A stretch of DNA of 64,000 bases from Candidatus Multivoradales bacterium (GCA_965248055.1 CBDFIJ010000004.1:704001-768000), one strand, 5' to 3'. Counted from the stretch's first letter, positions 9,213 through 19,659 are shown. Notes: a model not told the origin generated them from the sequence alone. Made by a program: numbers and translations.

Positions 9213-10688
9213 ATGACCGGTTCCAGTGACAGTCAAATTTTAGCCCCAGCATTGACCTTTGACGATGTCCTCATCGAACCTGCTTTTTCTCGCATTCACC
9301 CGAGTCAAGTAGATCTGGGCAGCCAGCTATCGCGCAACATTCGGCTGGCGACGCCATTGGTGTCTGCGGCGATGGACACCGTGACCGAGTCCCAACTGGC
9401 AATCGCACTGGCTCAGGAAGGCGGCATGGGCATCGTGCATAAGAACCTTTCGATTGAGGACCAGGCGCGGGAAATTGATCGAGTGAAGCGCTCTGAAGCC
9501 GGCATGATCGTTGACCCGGTGACCTTGAAGCCGGACGAGTCTTTGCGCACCGCCCACGAACTCATGAGCCGCTACAAGATCTCTGGACTGCCGATCACCG
9601 ACAATGACGGGCAGTTGGTCGGTATCTTGACCAATCGCGACCTCCGGTTTGAGGAGAATCTCGATAGCAAAGTCTCAGATCTGATGACCAAGGACCATCT
9701 GGTCACAGTTCCGGAAGGGACCACGTTGGAAGAGGCCAAGCGCGAGCTGCACAAGCACCGCATTGAAAAGCTGCTAGTGGTGGACGACAGCGGCACTCTT
9801 AAAGGCTTGATCACGGTCAAAGATATTCAGAAGGCGATGCAGTTTCCCAATGCCTCTAAGGACGACCTGGGTCGATTGAGGGTTGGGGCCGCAGTGGGCG
9901 CTTCGGGAGATTCTCTGGAGCGCGCGAAGGCTCTGGTCGCGGCTGGAGTAGACGTCCTGGTGGTGGATTCCTCGCACGCCCACTCAGAGGGCGTTTTTGC
10001 CGCCGTCGAACAGTTGCGAAAAGCGTTTCCAGATATCGATCTGATCGCCGGCAACGTGGCAACGGCGGAAGGTGCCCAAGGATTGGCCGAACGAGGCGTT
10101 GACGCGATCAAGGTCGGCATCGGTCCAGGCTCGATCTGCACCACGCGGGTCGTTACCGGGGCTGGTATGCCGCAGATCACAGCGATCAGCGAAACCGCTG
10201 CTGCTGCCGGCGAGATCCCGATCATCGCCGATGGCGGCGTCAAATTCTCCGGGGACCTGACCAAGGCATTGGCTGCCGGCGCTTCGACGGTGATGATCGG
10301 CTCGCTGTTTGCGGGAACCGAAGAGAGCCCAGGTGAGACCATTCTTTACCAAGGAAGAACCTATAAGGCTTATCGAGGGATGGGCTCGCTCTCAGCGATG
10401 GCTCAAGGGGCCGCCGATCGCTACTTCCAGGACTCTGGTAAAGAATTGTCGAAGCTGGTGCCCGAAGGTATTGAGGGCATGGTCCCCTTTAAGGGCAGCG
10501 TACACCGCATGCTGGCTCAAATGACCGGTGGCTTGCGCTCGGGCATGGGCCTAGCAGGCTGCGCAACCGTTGAAGAACTACGGACTCAAGTCCGCTTTCG
10601 TAAGGTGACCGCAGCGGGGCTTAAAGAGAGTCACGCTCACGATGTGGTGATCACCAAAGAGGCACCCAACTATTGGGTCGAACGCTAG
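9213..10688 (+). CDS. guaB: IMP dehydrogenase
   Basis: [19 protein letters not shown] pair, [32 protein letters not shown] at 9201. Confidence 0.98.
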   Translation: MTGSSDSQILAPALTFDDVLIEPAFSRIHPSQVDLGSQLSRNIRLATPLVSAAMDTVTESQLAIALAQEGGMGIVHKNLSIEDQAREIDRVKRSEAGMIVDPVTLKPDESLRTAHELMSRYKISGLPITDNDGQLVGILTNRDLRFEENLDSKVSDLMTKDHLVTVPEGTTLEEAKRELHKHRIEKLLVVDDSGTLKGLITVKDIQKAMQFPNASKDDLGRLRVGAAVGASGDSLERAKALVAAGVDVLVVDSSHAHSEGVFAAVEQLRKAFPDIDLIAGNVATAEGAQGLAERGVDAIKVGIGPGSICTTRVVTGAGMPQITAISETAAAAGEIPIIADGGVKFSGDLTKALAAGASTVMIGSLFAGTEESPGETILYQGRTYKAYRGMGSLSAMAQGAADRYFQDSGKELSKLVPEGIEGMVPFKGSVHRMLAQMTGGLRSGMGLAGCATVEELRTQVRFRKVTAAGLKESHAHDVVITKEAPNYWVER

Positions 10689-10727
10689 AGGACGCTCTAG
10701 TCTTTCAGTATTCCACTAATCGCCTCG

Positions 10728-11009
10728 TTGCATCTTTGCGCGAAATGGCATCGCCAACCCTCGACCGGGCACGCGGGTCGCATTCGCGAGTTGCTCAGTG
10801 ACCTCTATCGCTTTGAGTTGCGCAGCGCCCGACGCCAACATCGGGAGCTGGTGGAGTTCTTTAGTGAGCAGCCGCTTGAGCCGCTACGCGAAGAAGTCTC
10901 ACGCCTGCGTGATAAGTACTGGATGCTGTCGGTCCGACGTCGCCAGTGGGACTGGAAACCCAGCGGCGTTAGATCAACCGGACCGTTCGACTCGCACCAA
11001 GCTAACTAA
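10728..11009 (+). CDS. Small hypothetical protein, 5' end uncertain or degraded
   Basis: Fills the guaB-ATPase gap. Amphipathic helical core RIRELLSDLYRFELR...VSRLRDKYWMLSV; weak TTG start with no SD. Confidence 0.4.
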   Translation: MHLCAKWHRQPSTGHAGRIRELLSDLYRFELRSARRQHRELVEFFSEQPLEPLREEVSRLRDKYWMLSVRRRQWDWKPSGVRSTGPFDSHQAN

Positions 11010-11033
11010 TTGTAGGCTCCGAGCGACAGCAAT

Positions 11034-13421
11034 CTATCGCCGCCACCCGAGCCCAAAGCCGGTAACTTCGATGTCGCGTTTGAGTGGGCGTAAGTGCGCG
11101 GTTTCAAATTTCTCGGTCAGCGGGTCGACCTTCTTTCGCATCGCTTCTAGATCTTCCTGCAACGTCGATTCCAGCTCTTTGAGGTCGGCTTCAAGCTTGT
11201 CTAGCGACTCCTCTGCCCGCTGTACGTCTTTCGACTCTTTGCGCGAGCGTCCGGCGTGGCGGACGGCGGAATGGGTTCTAGACACGGTGGTGGCAGAGAG
11301 CCGCTTGCGCCCCAATACCGCGCCGAGTATCGCAGTGCCAAACGAGACCACAGCAGAGAGCTTCTCGTTTCGCGCCTGGTCCTCCTGCTTCTCCAGCTCT
11401 TCGGTGGCGCTCCGAATGCGCTTTTCAAGTGCCTCTTGTTTCTTGGCGTACTTTTCTCGCAGTTCCTCGGTGCGGCGATCCCGCTCGGCCCGAGCGAGTT
11501 GCCCCAGACGAATACGAAAGTCTCGCTCGTCCTCACCCGGAGAAGACTGCTGATCCAACTCCGCGCTGCGAAACACCGCCACCCGGCGCGAGCGATAGAG
11601 GTGATCAACGAAGTGGCGCTTCCACGACGAGTAGGAACGGGGAGACGCAGCGTCAGCCGCCAAACTGGCGAAAGCTGCCGGCGCGTGCGGTTCCCCGCGG
11701 AGGTCATCAAGATGAGCGTCGAGTAGCTCGGATTCGGTCCAGTCGACATCCACTTGGGAGCCTTCCAAAGGCAACCAAAAAACCACCTCTTCATGATGCT
11801 CAAGGGTCTTGCCTCGATTGGTGTAAAACAGGCGGGCAGCGCCGACTAGGCCGGGCAGATAGACCTCAGTGCCTCGCCCGCTACCAGCGGGAACATAGAA
11901 CTGATCAATCTCAGGATCAACCATCGGTGGCCTACTGACCGCAGGGGTTGGAGCCTTGCTGTCGTCCTCGCCGAGGTTGCTGTTTTGGTCAACGGAAGTC
12001 GCTTCGCCGCTGACAGCGGAACGAAAGGGGTCCATCAAGCGACGGATCTCACCGCGGGCCAGCGGACCACGTAGGTACGACATCGCCCAACGGGTGTGGA
12101 ACAAGACCGGCGCTGGTTCATGCACGTTGTGCAACAAGAACACTCTCTTGCCCAACTGCGAGAGGATCTGATCCAACTCTTTGCGCCCCAACGAACCGGC
12201 CAACGACTCCAGCCCCTCGAGCACCCGTTCCTTGTCTCTCTCGGTCTGCAGGCGACCGAGGAACCAAGTTCCGGCGTTGGATAGGCCTTTGTAGTCCAAG
12301 TCGACTGGATTCTGGGTCGACAACACCACCCCAAGACCGTGAGCGCGGGCCTGCTTGAGCAATGTCAACATTGGCTTTTTCGACGGCGGTTCGCCGATCG
12401 GTGGCATATAGCCAAACACTTCATCCATGTACAGCAGAGCCCGAAGGTTGGAAGTTCCTGGCTGGCTGCGCACCCATCCAACCACCTGATTAAGCAACAG
12501 AGCGACAAAGAACATCCGCTCTTTTTCGGAGAGATGGGCAATGCTGAAGATCGCGATCTGCGGTTTGCCGTTCGGGTCATAGAGCATCTTGCCAATGTCG
12601 AGCGGGGCTCCGCTGAGCCACAGATCAAATCCCGGCGACGCCAACAGCGCGTTCATTTTCATCGCCAACTTAAAACGCTCTTTTGCTGGGTAGAACGACT
12701 CCAGTTCCAACACCCCAATCCGGGTCACCGGTGGCTCCTGAATCAGGCGGATCAACCCGCCGAGATCAACGTCTTCACCCAACTTCCATTGATGGTCGAT
12801 CAAGGTTGACAACAAGAGATGTTCTTTGCTCTGGACCGGATCTGCCTCTAGACCTAAGAGGGAGAGCAGGCTGGTTACCGTGGTCTCAATGCGGTCGCCA
12901 TACAGGTCGCGATCCGAGGACACCCCTGCTCTCGGTGCTTCCAGTGAGGCCAGGATGGAAACAGGAAGCCCAGCTTCGCTGCCGGGGGTGTAGATGCGGC
13001 AATCGCAGGCTTGGCGCAAGCGCTCGATACGCTCTCCGTCTTGATCCCAATCAGACAGCCCTTTTTTCCAGAAACCAGCTTGATCGCTGGCGTAGTCGGC
13101 AACTGACTTATCTTTACGTCGGGCGTCGTCACCTTGAACCCAAGGCTCAAATTCGGCACCACTGAGGTTGGGAAACGTGAGCATCAAGTTGCCCATATCT
13201 CCCTTGGGATCGATGACGATCGCCGGGATGCCGTCGATCGCCGCCTCCTCCAAGAGCGATACACACAGCCCGGTCTTTCCACTGCCGGTCATACCGACGC
13301 AGACCGCGTGGGTGGTCAAGTCCGCCGCGTCGTAGAGCAGCGGCGCCGCTTCAATGGTCTTTTTCTCGAGATCGTAAGGACGCCCGAGATAAAAGGCCCC
13401 TAACTTTTCGTACGCTTTCAT
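11034..13421 (-). CDS. HerA/FtsK-like (DUF87/DUF853-type) P-loop ATPase with C-terminal coiled coil
   Basis: LTTHAVCVGMTGSGKT (Walker A), IVIDPKGD, LLYMDEVFG (Walker B), KQARAHGLGVVLSTQNPVDLDY. SD GAGGAG before ATG 13421. Confidence 0.85.
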   Translation of the reverse strand: MKAYEKLGAFYLGRPYDLEKKTIEAAPLLYDAADLTTHAVCVGMTGSGKTGLCVSLLEEAAIDGIPAIVIDPKGDMGNLMLTFPNLSGAEFEPWVQGDDARRKDKSVADYASDQAGFWKKGLSDWDQDGERIERLRQACDCRIYTPGSEAGLPVSILASLEAPRAGVSSDRDLYGDRIETTVTSLLSLLGLEADPVQSKEHLLLSTLIDHQWKLGEDVDLGGLIRLIQEPPVTRIGVLELESFYPAKERFKLAMKMNALLASPGFDLWLSGAPLDIGKMLYDPNGKPQIAIFSIAHLSEKERMFFVALLLNQVVGWVRSQPGTSNLRALLYMDEVFGYMPPIGEPPSKKPMLTLLKQARAHGLGVVLSTQNPVDLDYKGLSNAGTWFLGRLQTERDKERVLEGLESLAGSLGRKELDQILSQLGKRVFLLHNVHEPAPVLFHTRWAMSYLRGPLARGEIRRLMDPFRSAVSGEATSVDQNSNLGEDDSKAPTPAVSRPPMVDPEIDQFYVPAGSGRGTEVYLPGLVGAARLFYTNRGKTLEHHEEVVFWLPLEGSQVDVDWTESELLDAHLDDLRGEPHAPAAFASLAADAASPRSYSSWKRHFVDHLYRSRRVAVFRSAELDQQSSPGEDERDFRIRLGQLARAERDRRTEELREKYAKKQEALEKRIRSATEELEKQEDQARNEKLSAVVSFGTAILGAVLGRKRLSATTVSRTHSAVRHAGRSRKESKDVQRAEESLDKLEADLKELESTLQEDLEAMRKKVDPLTEKFETAHLRPLKRDIEVTGFGLGWRR

Positions 13422-13531
13422 GGACTCCTCCCGATCAAATTCAGCCAAAGTTGTTGAACCCGGCCGGACCGCTAGATGCTACCCCACCTGATCAACGCGC
13501 CGACGCTGCCGAGCCAACCGCAGAATGAGCG

Positions 13532-14716
13532 CTAAGCCCAAGATCCAGGATCAAGATGGTACGGCAGTGGGGTCAAGTTCTCGCAACGCTCCTGGCCAAC
13601 GACCAGCATGTCCTCCAAGCGAATCCCCCACCCTGCCTCGGGGTCGTAGAGCCCCGGCTCGATGGTGATGACATCACCTTCTTTGAGCCGCCCTTTGCTT
13701 CCCGATCGTAGATTCGGAAGTTCATGCAACTGATAGCCCAGGCCGTGTCCCAGGGAATGCACCATGCCGCGCCGGGTACGGCGGTCGATGCGCTGAGTCA
13801 GATAGCCAGCGTCTTCAATCGGATCCAGCGCTCGATCAACAACAGTGTTGATCGAAGCATCAATCGTTGCCTCTTCGGTCGACCCTTGTAGCGCCTGCAG
13901 GACCATGGAGTGCGCCCGGATGACGGCCTCTGGTATTGGTGGCAAGCAAAAAGTACGGCTGCAGTCGGCGTATTGGGTGCCGCGAGGAAACAGATCCACC
14001 ACCATGGTTTCTCCTGGACGGATCCGGTCCTGGTTGTTTCCCGTGGTGTGTGGCACCGCCGACGCGCTCCCAACTGCGACGATACTACCGTGCGGCTGAT
14101 CGACACCGTGATCGGCAAAATGATGAGCAATGGTGCGCCGAAGATCCCCCACGGTAAGTTCTGTACTGTCCGACTCCACCGAGGTCAGTTGCTGCGCCAG
14201 CTTATGGAAAGCTCCCGCGACAATGCCGCCCATGCGACGCGCTTCCTTCACTTCATCTGTGGTCTTGGCCCGTCGCCAAGAGCGCAACGTCTGGGTCGCA
14301 CTCGCGAGTTGCCATCCGCGGGCAGCCAAGACGCGCACTAGATCCAGAATGCCGCCGGCATCCAGTGCCCCGCCCAGGCCAATTGTGCCAGGGGGTATCT
14401 GCAGTTTTCGCAGCAGTCGAACCGCCGCCCGACCCAACAGCTCACCCTGAGAGCGAGTCTCTCGTCGCAGAGAGTTGAGATCGAGTTCTTGTGGACCCCA
14501 GTTCGAGACCCCGGTAGCGGCCGCCTCTTCGCGCTCCATGTCGGTGAAGTAAACCAGGTTGGGTTTTCCCTCTTGGTCAAGCAACCCGAGAACCAAACCC
14601 AAATGATGGCCTTGCGTCAGTCGACAGAGATCCGGATGATCGCCGCTCTCACCGACCAACAAGATTCCGCCCCAGCCCAGATCTTGAATCAAGGCTCTGA
14701 GCCGGCTGTCGGTCAT
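13532..14716 (-). CDS. M24 family Xaa-Pro peptidase
   Basis: SAVPH, VVDLFP, YADCSRT, HSLGHGLG..HE.P, TIEPGLY, GIRLEDM. Confidence 0.9.
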   Translation of the reverse strand: MTDSRLRALIQDLGWGGILLVGESGDHPDLCRLTQGHHLGLVLGLLDQEGKPNLVYFTDMEREEAAATGVSNWGPQELDLNSLRRETRSQGELLGRAAVRLLRKLQIPPGTIGLGGALDAGGILDLVRVLAARGWQLASATQTLRSWRRAKTTDEVKEARRMGGIVAGAFHKLAQQLTSVESDSTELTVGDLRRTIAHHFADHGVDQPHGSIVAVGSASAVPHTTGNNQDRIRPGETMVVDLFPRGTQYADCSRTFCLPPIPEAVIRAHSMVLQALQGSTEEATIDASINTVVDRALDPIEDAGYLTQRIDRRTRRGMVHSLGHGLGYQLHELPNLRSGSKGRLKEGDVITIEPGLYDPEAGWGIRLEDMLVVGQERCENLTPLPYHLDPGSWA

Positions 14717-14749
14717 CTCCGGCAAGGTCAGTTCCGAGAGGGAAAAACG

Positions 14750-15079
14750 CTAGACGTGGTTGCCCAGGAATTTCTGGATCGCATTCTTTGGCATCGCGCC
14801 CAAGACACGATCAGCCACCTCGCCGCCCTTGAACAAGATCATGGTGGGGATGCTCGAGACTTGGTACTGAAATGCCAATTCGCGGTTTTCGTCGACATTG
14901 ACCTTGGCGATCTGCACCTGACCGTCCATCTCTTCAGCAACTTCGTCAAGCACCGGTGCCACCATCCGGCAAGGACCACACCACTCTGCCCAAAAATCCA
15001 CCAGCACGGGGGTTTCGGACTCAAGTACTTCGGTCTGAAAAGTGTCGTTGGTTACTTGCTTTACTTTTTCGCTAGCCAT
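14750..15079 (-). CDS. trxA: Thioredoxin
   Basis: VLVDFWAEWCGPCR, SIPT. Confidence 0.97.
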   Translation of the reverse strand: MASEKVKQVTNDTFQTEVLESETPVLVDFWAEWCGPCRMVAPVLDEVAEEMDGQVQIAKVNVDENRELAFQYQVSSIPTMILFKGGEVADRVLGAMPKNAIQKFLGNHV

Positions 15080-15162
15080 TTTTGCTGAAAACTCCTTGAT
15101 TACCTCAGCAACTTTGTGTGCCGATTCTATCCTTTCGAAACCGTACTAATATTTCAGTACGA

Positions 15163-16113
15163 TCAATCTCTACTATGGGAACACGCGACAAGCGGTTTGT
15201 ATTCTCGCGCCCGCCGAGCATCAATTTCAATTTGCTCTTGCAGTCTTTCCAAGGAATCAAACCGCACTTCATCGCGCAACCGATGTTGCACACAAATCTC
15301 AGCCCGGACCCCGTAGACGTCCTCATCGAAGTCCAAGATATGCGCTTCAGCCAGGGTCGGCCCGTCCGCCTCCACGGTCGGTCGGTTACCGATATTGGCT
15401 ACCGCACGGTAGACCTCTCCCTGGAGTGAAACCTCGCCGACATAGACCCCGTTCTTGGGTACCAACTCCTGATCGCAGGCCAGGTTGATGGTGGGAAACC
15501 CGAGCGTTCTCCCACGCTGAGCTCCGCGCACCACAATTCCGGTCAGGGCGTAAGGCCGCCCCAACATCGCGGCGGCTTTCTCCGGCTCCCCTTGCAACAG
15601 CGCCCGACGGATGCGGGTGCTGGAAACTGGGCGCCCCTCATGCATCACTTCTTCAACCCCCACCGCGCGGAAACCGAAATCTCGACCCATGCTGTGCAGC
15701 AACGACATGTCGCCCTCGCGACCGTGGCCGAAGACAAAGCCTGCGCCGACATAGATTTCGCGTATTCCCAAGCGCTCAAGGAGAAAGTCGCGCACGAAAC
15801 GACGCGCCGGGATACGCGAAAAATCGGGAGTAAAAAAGACTTCGTAGAGGGCATCCAGGCCGCACGAGGCGAGCAGGTCTTCCTTCTGCTCGTCGCTGGT
15901 CAATCGAAGCGGGGCCCGCGCCGGATCGAGAAGCTTGAGCGGATGTGGGTCAAAGGTGACCGCCACCGCAGGGACTCCCAACGTTTGCCCACGATCTCGG
16001 ACCGCTTCTAAGAGCTCTCTTTGGCCACGGTGTACCCCGTCGAAGTTGCCGATCGCGCCGACCATGCCGCGTTCAAACTCCCCCTCTTGCCAAGCGTTAC
16101 GGTAAATCTTCAT
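15163..16113 (-). CDS. ribF: Bifunctional riboflavin kinase/FAD synthetase
   Basis: IGNFDGVHRGQ, TFDPHP, VSSTRIR, GRTLGFPTIN, NIGNRPT, EAHILDF. Confidence 0.96.
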   Translation of the reverse strand: MKIYRNAWQEGEFERGMVGAIGNFDGVHRGQRELLEAVRDRGQTLGVPAVAVTFDPHPLKLLDPARAPLRLTSDEQKEDLLASCGLDALYEVFFTPDFSRIPARRFVRDFLLERLGIREIYVGAGFVFGHGREGDMSLLHSMGRDFGFRAVGVEEVMHEGRPVSSTRIRRALLQGEPEKAAAMLGRPYALTGIVVRGAQRGRTLGFPTINLACDQELVPKNGVYVGEVSLQGEVYRAVANIGNRPTVEADGPTLAEAHILDFDEDVYGVRAEICVQHRLRDEVRFDSLERLQEQIEIDARRAREYKPLVACSHSRD

Positions 16114-17501
16114 CCCGTCACCAACTCCATTGTTTTCATCGGGTTGACTGGCAACACCACTGCGCTGTCTACGATGTGGCCGACGACGTCATCGGCATGG
16201 GCTTCGGTTATCTCCACTTGAGACAACGAACCGGCGGGAGCGAAACCATCATTGATCAGCACTCTTCCGTCGATACCGGGGGCCAAGCCCCGGTGGCGCC
16301 CTTGCAACAGCAGGTCGGTTTCGTCGCACGCCCCCTCTACCAATACTTCAATGGTCTCCCCAACCAATCGCTTGCGACGCGCCAGCGAGATCGGTCGTTG
16401 CAGCTCCTTCAATTGATCCGCCCGACGTTGGGCGACCATCCTCGGCACCCGGTCCGCCAACTCTGCAGACGGAGTGCCGTCTTCGGGGCTGTACTGGAAC
16501 ACCCCCAGATGGTCGAAGCGGGCTTGTTCGACAAACTCCGTGAGGTTGTCAAACTCTTCCTCGGTCTCCCCAGGAAAGCCGACAATAAAGGTGGTGCGCA
16601 GCCAGATGTCAGGCGCCAATTTACGAGCACTCTGGACTAGGTCCAGATAGCGGGCGGCTGAACCCGCACGTTTCATGCGCTTGAGAGCGCGGCGATCGGC
16701 GTGCTGCAAAGGAATATCCAAGTAGGAGCAAAATCGCTCTTCGCCTCCCATCAACGCCAGCAGGCCACGATCCAGGGTTGCCGGATAGGCGTAGAGAAAG
16801 CGAATCCAAGGAACTGTAGTCTTCTCCAACAGGGCTTCCATCAGGCTGCGCAGACCCTCTCGACCGAGTCCCAGGTCTTCTCCGTAGCGGGTGGTGTCTT
16901 GCGCCACCAAACACAGTTCTTGAATGCCCTGCTGTTCCAATTGCTGCGCTTCGGCAACCAAGCTATCGACCGTTCGACTGCGGAATCGTCCCCGCCACTG
17001 AGGGATGGCGCAGAAGGTACAAGGATTGTCACAGCCTTCAGCGACTTTGAGATATGCGCTAGTCGCCGAGGTCAAGACCCTGGGTGAAGTGTGGTCAAAG
17101 ATCGCTTGAGATGCGCTCACCTGCGGCTGATCGGAACCCAGTTGTACCACCTCGCCCACCGAGGCCAAGCCGTCCAAGTCGATAAAGCCATCGACCTCCG
17201 GCAATGCGTCGGAAAGCTCCTTACCGTGCTTGTTCACCATGCAGCCAGCCACCAACACCCGACTAGGACCGCCGTTCTTTTTTAGCTCGGTCATCTCCAG
17301 AATGGTGTCGATCGACTCTTCCCGAGCTTCGCCAATGAAGCCACAGGTATTGACGATCACGGTGTCAGCACTCGCCGCATCGGCGGTAATCTCATAGCCA
17401 TCGCGGGTTAGGTGACCCAACATCACTTCACTGTCAACGAGATTTTTGGCGCAGCCAAGGCTGACAATTCCCACGCGTCTTTTTGTCCGTTCAGCTGCCA
17501 T
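16110..17501 (-). CDS. rimO: Ribosomal protein S12 methylthiotransferase
   Basis: SLGCAKNLVDSE, NTCGFI, YLKVAEGCDNPCTFCAIP (CxxxCxxC), TRAM domain with APGIDG. Confidence 0.96.
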   Translation of the reverse strand: MAAERTKRRVGIVSLGCAKNLVDSEVMLGHLTRDGYEITADAASADTVIVNTCGFIGEAREESIDTILEMTELKKNGGPSRVLVAGCMVNKHGKELSDALPEVDGFIDLDGLASVGEVVQLGSDQPQVSASQAIFDHTSPRVLTSATSAYLKVAEGCDNPCTFCAIPQWRGRFRSRTVDSLVAEAQQLEQQGIQELCLVAQDTTRYGEDLGLGREGLRSLMEALLEKTTVPWIRFLYAYPATLDRGLLALMGGEERFCSYLDIPLQHADRRALKRMKRAGSAARYLDLVQSARKLAPDIWLRTTFIVGFPGETEEEFDNLTEFVEQARFDHLGVFQYSPEDGTPSAELADRVPRMVAQRRADQLKELQRPISLARRKRLVGETIEVLVEGACDETDLLLQGRHRGLAPGIDGRVLINDGFAPAGSLSQVEITEAHADDVVGHIVDSAVVLPVNPMKTMELVTG

Positions 17502-17507
17502 GGAAGA

Positions 17508-17516
17508 ATGCTAACA
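17508..17516 (-). promoter_or_regulatory. Extended -10 for a predicted leaderless rimO transcript
   Basis: TG-T-TAGCAT, 6 nt, then ATG 17501; no SD. Confidence 0.55.
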
Positions 17517-17577
17517 AAGCGGGAGCACAACCGCTTACGGGTTGGAGTTTCTTCACAATAACCATTGGAGTCCACGC

Positions 17578-19467
17578 ATGAACAACAACACAGGTCTGCT
17601 CACCCTTACCCTGACTCTCGGCTTCCTCACAGCTAGCTTGGGGTGCGTTGCGCCAAGCACTGAGTCCGATCAAACAGAAAACATCCAAGGAGAGACCGCT
17701 GTGCCTCAAGACCCCCATAGCTACGCCCACCCGGAGCAGGTCGCGGTGTCACACATTGCTCTGGATCTAGCGGTGGACTTCGATGCCAAGACGCTGAGCG
17801 GATCGGCCACTCTGGACCTCGATCGTCATGATCTGCAGGCTCCGTTGTTGTTGGATACCCGAGACCTGACAATCACCGCAGTCACCGACGAGTCCGGGCA
17901 AGCCCTGGACTACGCGGTTGGCGACAGTGATCCATGGTTGGGGTCGCCACTGGAAATCAACCTGGGCTCCGACACCCAACAAGTGCAGGTCTCCTACCAA
18001 ACCTCACCCACCGCGGGAGCCTTGCAGTGGCTTGACCCCAGCCAAACTGCTGGCGAGCTGCCATTCTTGTTCAGCCAATCTCAGGCCATCTTGGCCAGGA
18101 CTTGGGTACCTTGCCAGGACACCCCAGCGGTGCGTTTCACCTACAGCGCCACGATCGAAGCACCTCCCGGTTTTCTCGCCTTGATGAGTGCGGTGAACCC
18201 CCAAGAGATGTCCGAAGACGGTCAGTACTCCTTTCAAATGGAGCAACCGATCCCGTCCTATCTATTGGCGTTGGCGGTCGGCGACCTGCGTTTCGCAGCG
18301 ATCGGTGAGCACACTGGGGTCTACGCGGAACCGGCGACGGTTGAGGCCGCCGCCTGGGAGTTTGTCGAGGTGGATCAGATGCTGGAAGCAGCGGAACGGC
18401 TTTATGGAAAGTACGCCTGGGGTCGCTATGACCTGTTGGTTCTGCCCCCCAGTTTTCCCTTTGGTGGAATGGAGAATCCCCGCTTGACCTTTGCTACCCC
18501 AACGATTCTGGCCGGAGATCGATCGCTGGTGTCTTTGGTGGCCCACGAGTTGGCACACTCCTGGTCCGGCAATCTGGCGACCAACGCCAACTGGAACGAC
18601 TTTTGGCTCAACGAGGGATTCACCACCTACATCGAGCTACGATTGATGGAGGAAGTCTACGGCCCTGAGTATGCACAAATGCTGAGCGCCTTGTCGTACC
18701 AGGACTTGGTCGCCGACGTCGAGGAAAAGGGAGCCACATCCGTCGCTACCCACCTGCGCCTGGATCTGGCCGGGCAAGACCCCGATGAGGGCATGACCGC
18801 GATTGCCTATGACAAGGGCGCCCTACTGCTGCGCACCTTGGAGCAAGAACTTGGGCGCGCTGAACTCGACGGCTTTCTGATGTCCTGGTTTGACCAGAAC
18901 GCCTTCCAACCGGTGACCACCGGACAACTGATGGCGGCACTGCGTTCGACTTTCCCGGATCGCGGAGAGTTGTGGCAACAGGTCGAACAAAATTGGATCG
19001 ATGGACCGGGTATTCCGCAGCCCCACGCCTCTGTCAACGCCGCCGGATTCCAAGCAGTGGATCAAGCGTTAACCGCTTGGAGCAGTGCGGCACAGTTGCC
19101 CGACTGGCAGACCTGGAACACTCATCAACGATTGCATTTCTTACGCAACCTGCCGAGCGATCTCTCGCTGAATCAGTTAACAGCTCTCGATGACGCTCTG
19201 GGCCTAACAACAGCAGGCAACGCCGAGATCGCGGCGCGCTGGTTCCAGGTGGCCATCGAAGCTGGCTATCAGCCCGCCTACGGCCGGCTGGAGGAGTTTC
19301 TGCTCCGCGTCGGTCGCCGAAAGTTTCTCAAGCCGCTCTACGAAGCCTTGGCCAAGACGGAAGAGGGGACAACTTGGGCGCGGGAGGTCTACGCTCGAGC
19401 ACGACCTGGATACCACGCGGTCTCGCAGGGAACTCTTGACGAGATCTTGGGGTGGTCTGAGGGCTAG
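17578..19467 (+). CDS. M1 family aminopeptidase (leukotriene A4 hydrolase-like), predicted lipoprotein
   Basis: Lipobox SLGC, DPHSYA, GGMENPRLTF, HELAHSWSGN..WLNEGFTTY, YDKG, VGRRKF. SD GGAG. Confidence 0.93.
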   Translation: MNNNTGLLTLTLTLGFLTASLGCVAPSTESDQTENIQGETAVPQDPHSYAHPEQVAVSHIALDLAVDFDAKTLSGSATLDLDRHDLQAPLLLDTRDLTITAVTDESGQALDYAVGDSDPWLGSPLEINLGSDTQQVQVSYQTSPTAGALQWLDPSQTAGELPFLFSQSQAILARTWVPCQDTPAVRFTYSATIEAPPGFLALMSAVNPQEMSEDGQYSFQMEQPIPSYLLALAVGDLRFAAIGEHTGVYAEPATVEAAAWEFVEVDQMLEAAERLYGKYAWGRYDLLVLPPSFPFGGMENPRLTFATPTILAGDRSLVSLVAHELAHSWSGNLATNANWNDFWLNEGFTTYIELRLMEEVYGPEYAQMLSALSYQDLVADVEEKGATSVATHLRLDLAGQDPDEGMTAIAYDKGALLLRTLEQELGRAELDGFLMSWFDQNAFQPVTTGQLMAALRSTFPDRGELWQQVEQNWIDGPGIPQPHASVNAAGFQAVDQALTAWSSAAQLPDWQTWNTHQRLHFLRNLPSDLSLNQLTALDDALGLTTAGNAEIAARWFQVAIEAGYQPAYGRLEEFLLRVGRRKFLKPLYEALAKTEEGTTWAREVYARARPGYHAVSQGTLDEILGWSEG

Positions 19468-19472
19468 GCACT

Positions 19473-19659
19473 GGCCCACCTATGGCGGTATCGGGACGCT
19501 ATCAAAGCCGTGCGGGAGGGTGTCTGTCTGCGAGGCTGTTTTCGGCGAGCAGTATCTGTTCTGGAGTAGTTCCCGGCCCCCCGCCTTCACGCCCGCCGGG
19601 ATGACGGGCAAGAGAGCCCATTCGCCCGCACGACGAGCAATGGGTAGCACCACCGGGCC
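19473..19659. other. Unassigned ~187-nt rod-like self-complementary element (ncRNA candidate)
   Basis: Nested complementary blocks fill almost the whole gap between two convergent genes; see findings. Confidence 0.4.

Noticed and set aside
11034-13421. Sir2-HerA/Nezha defence system or conjugative VirB4
   Set aside because: No effector, nuclease or T4SS genes adjacent; housekeeping context.
19473-19659. SRP RNA, tmRNA, glycine or cobalamin riboswitch
   Set aside because: Lacks the SRP CAGG-GNRA-AGCAG helix, a tRNA-like CCA end and the riboswitch cores; it also lies 3' of both flanking genes.
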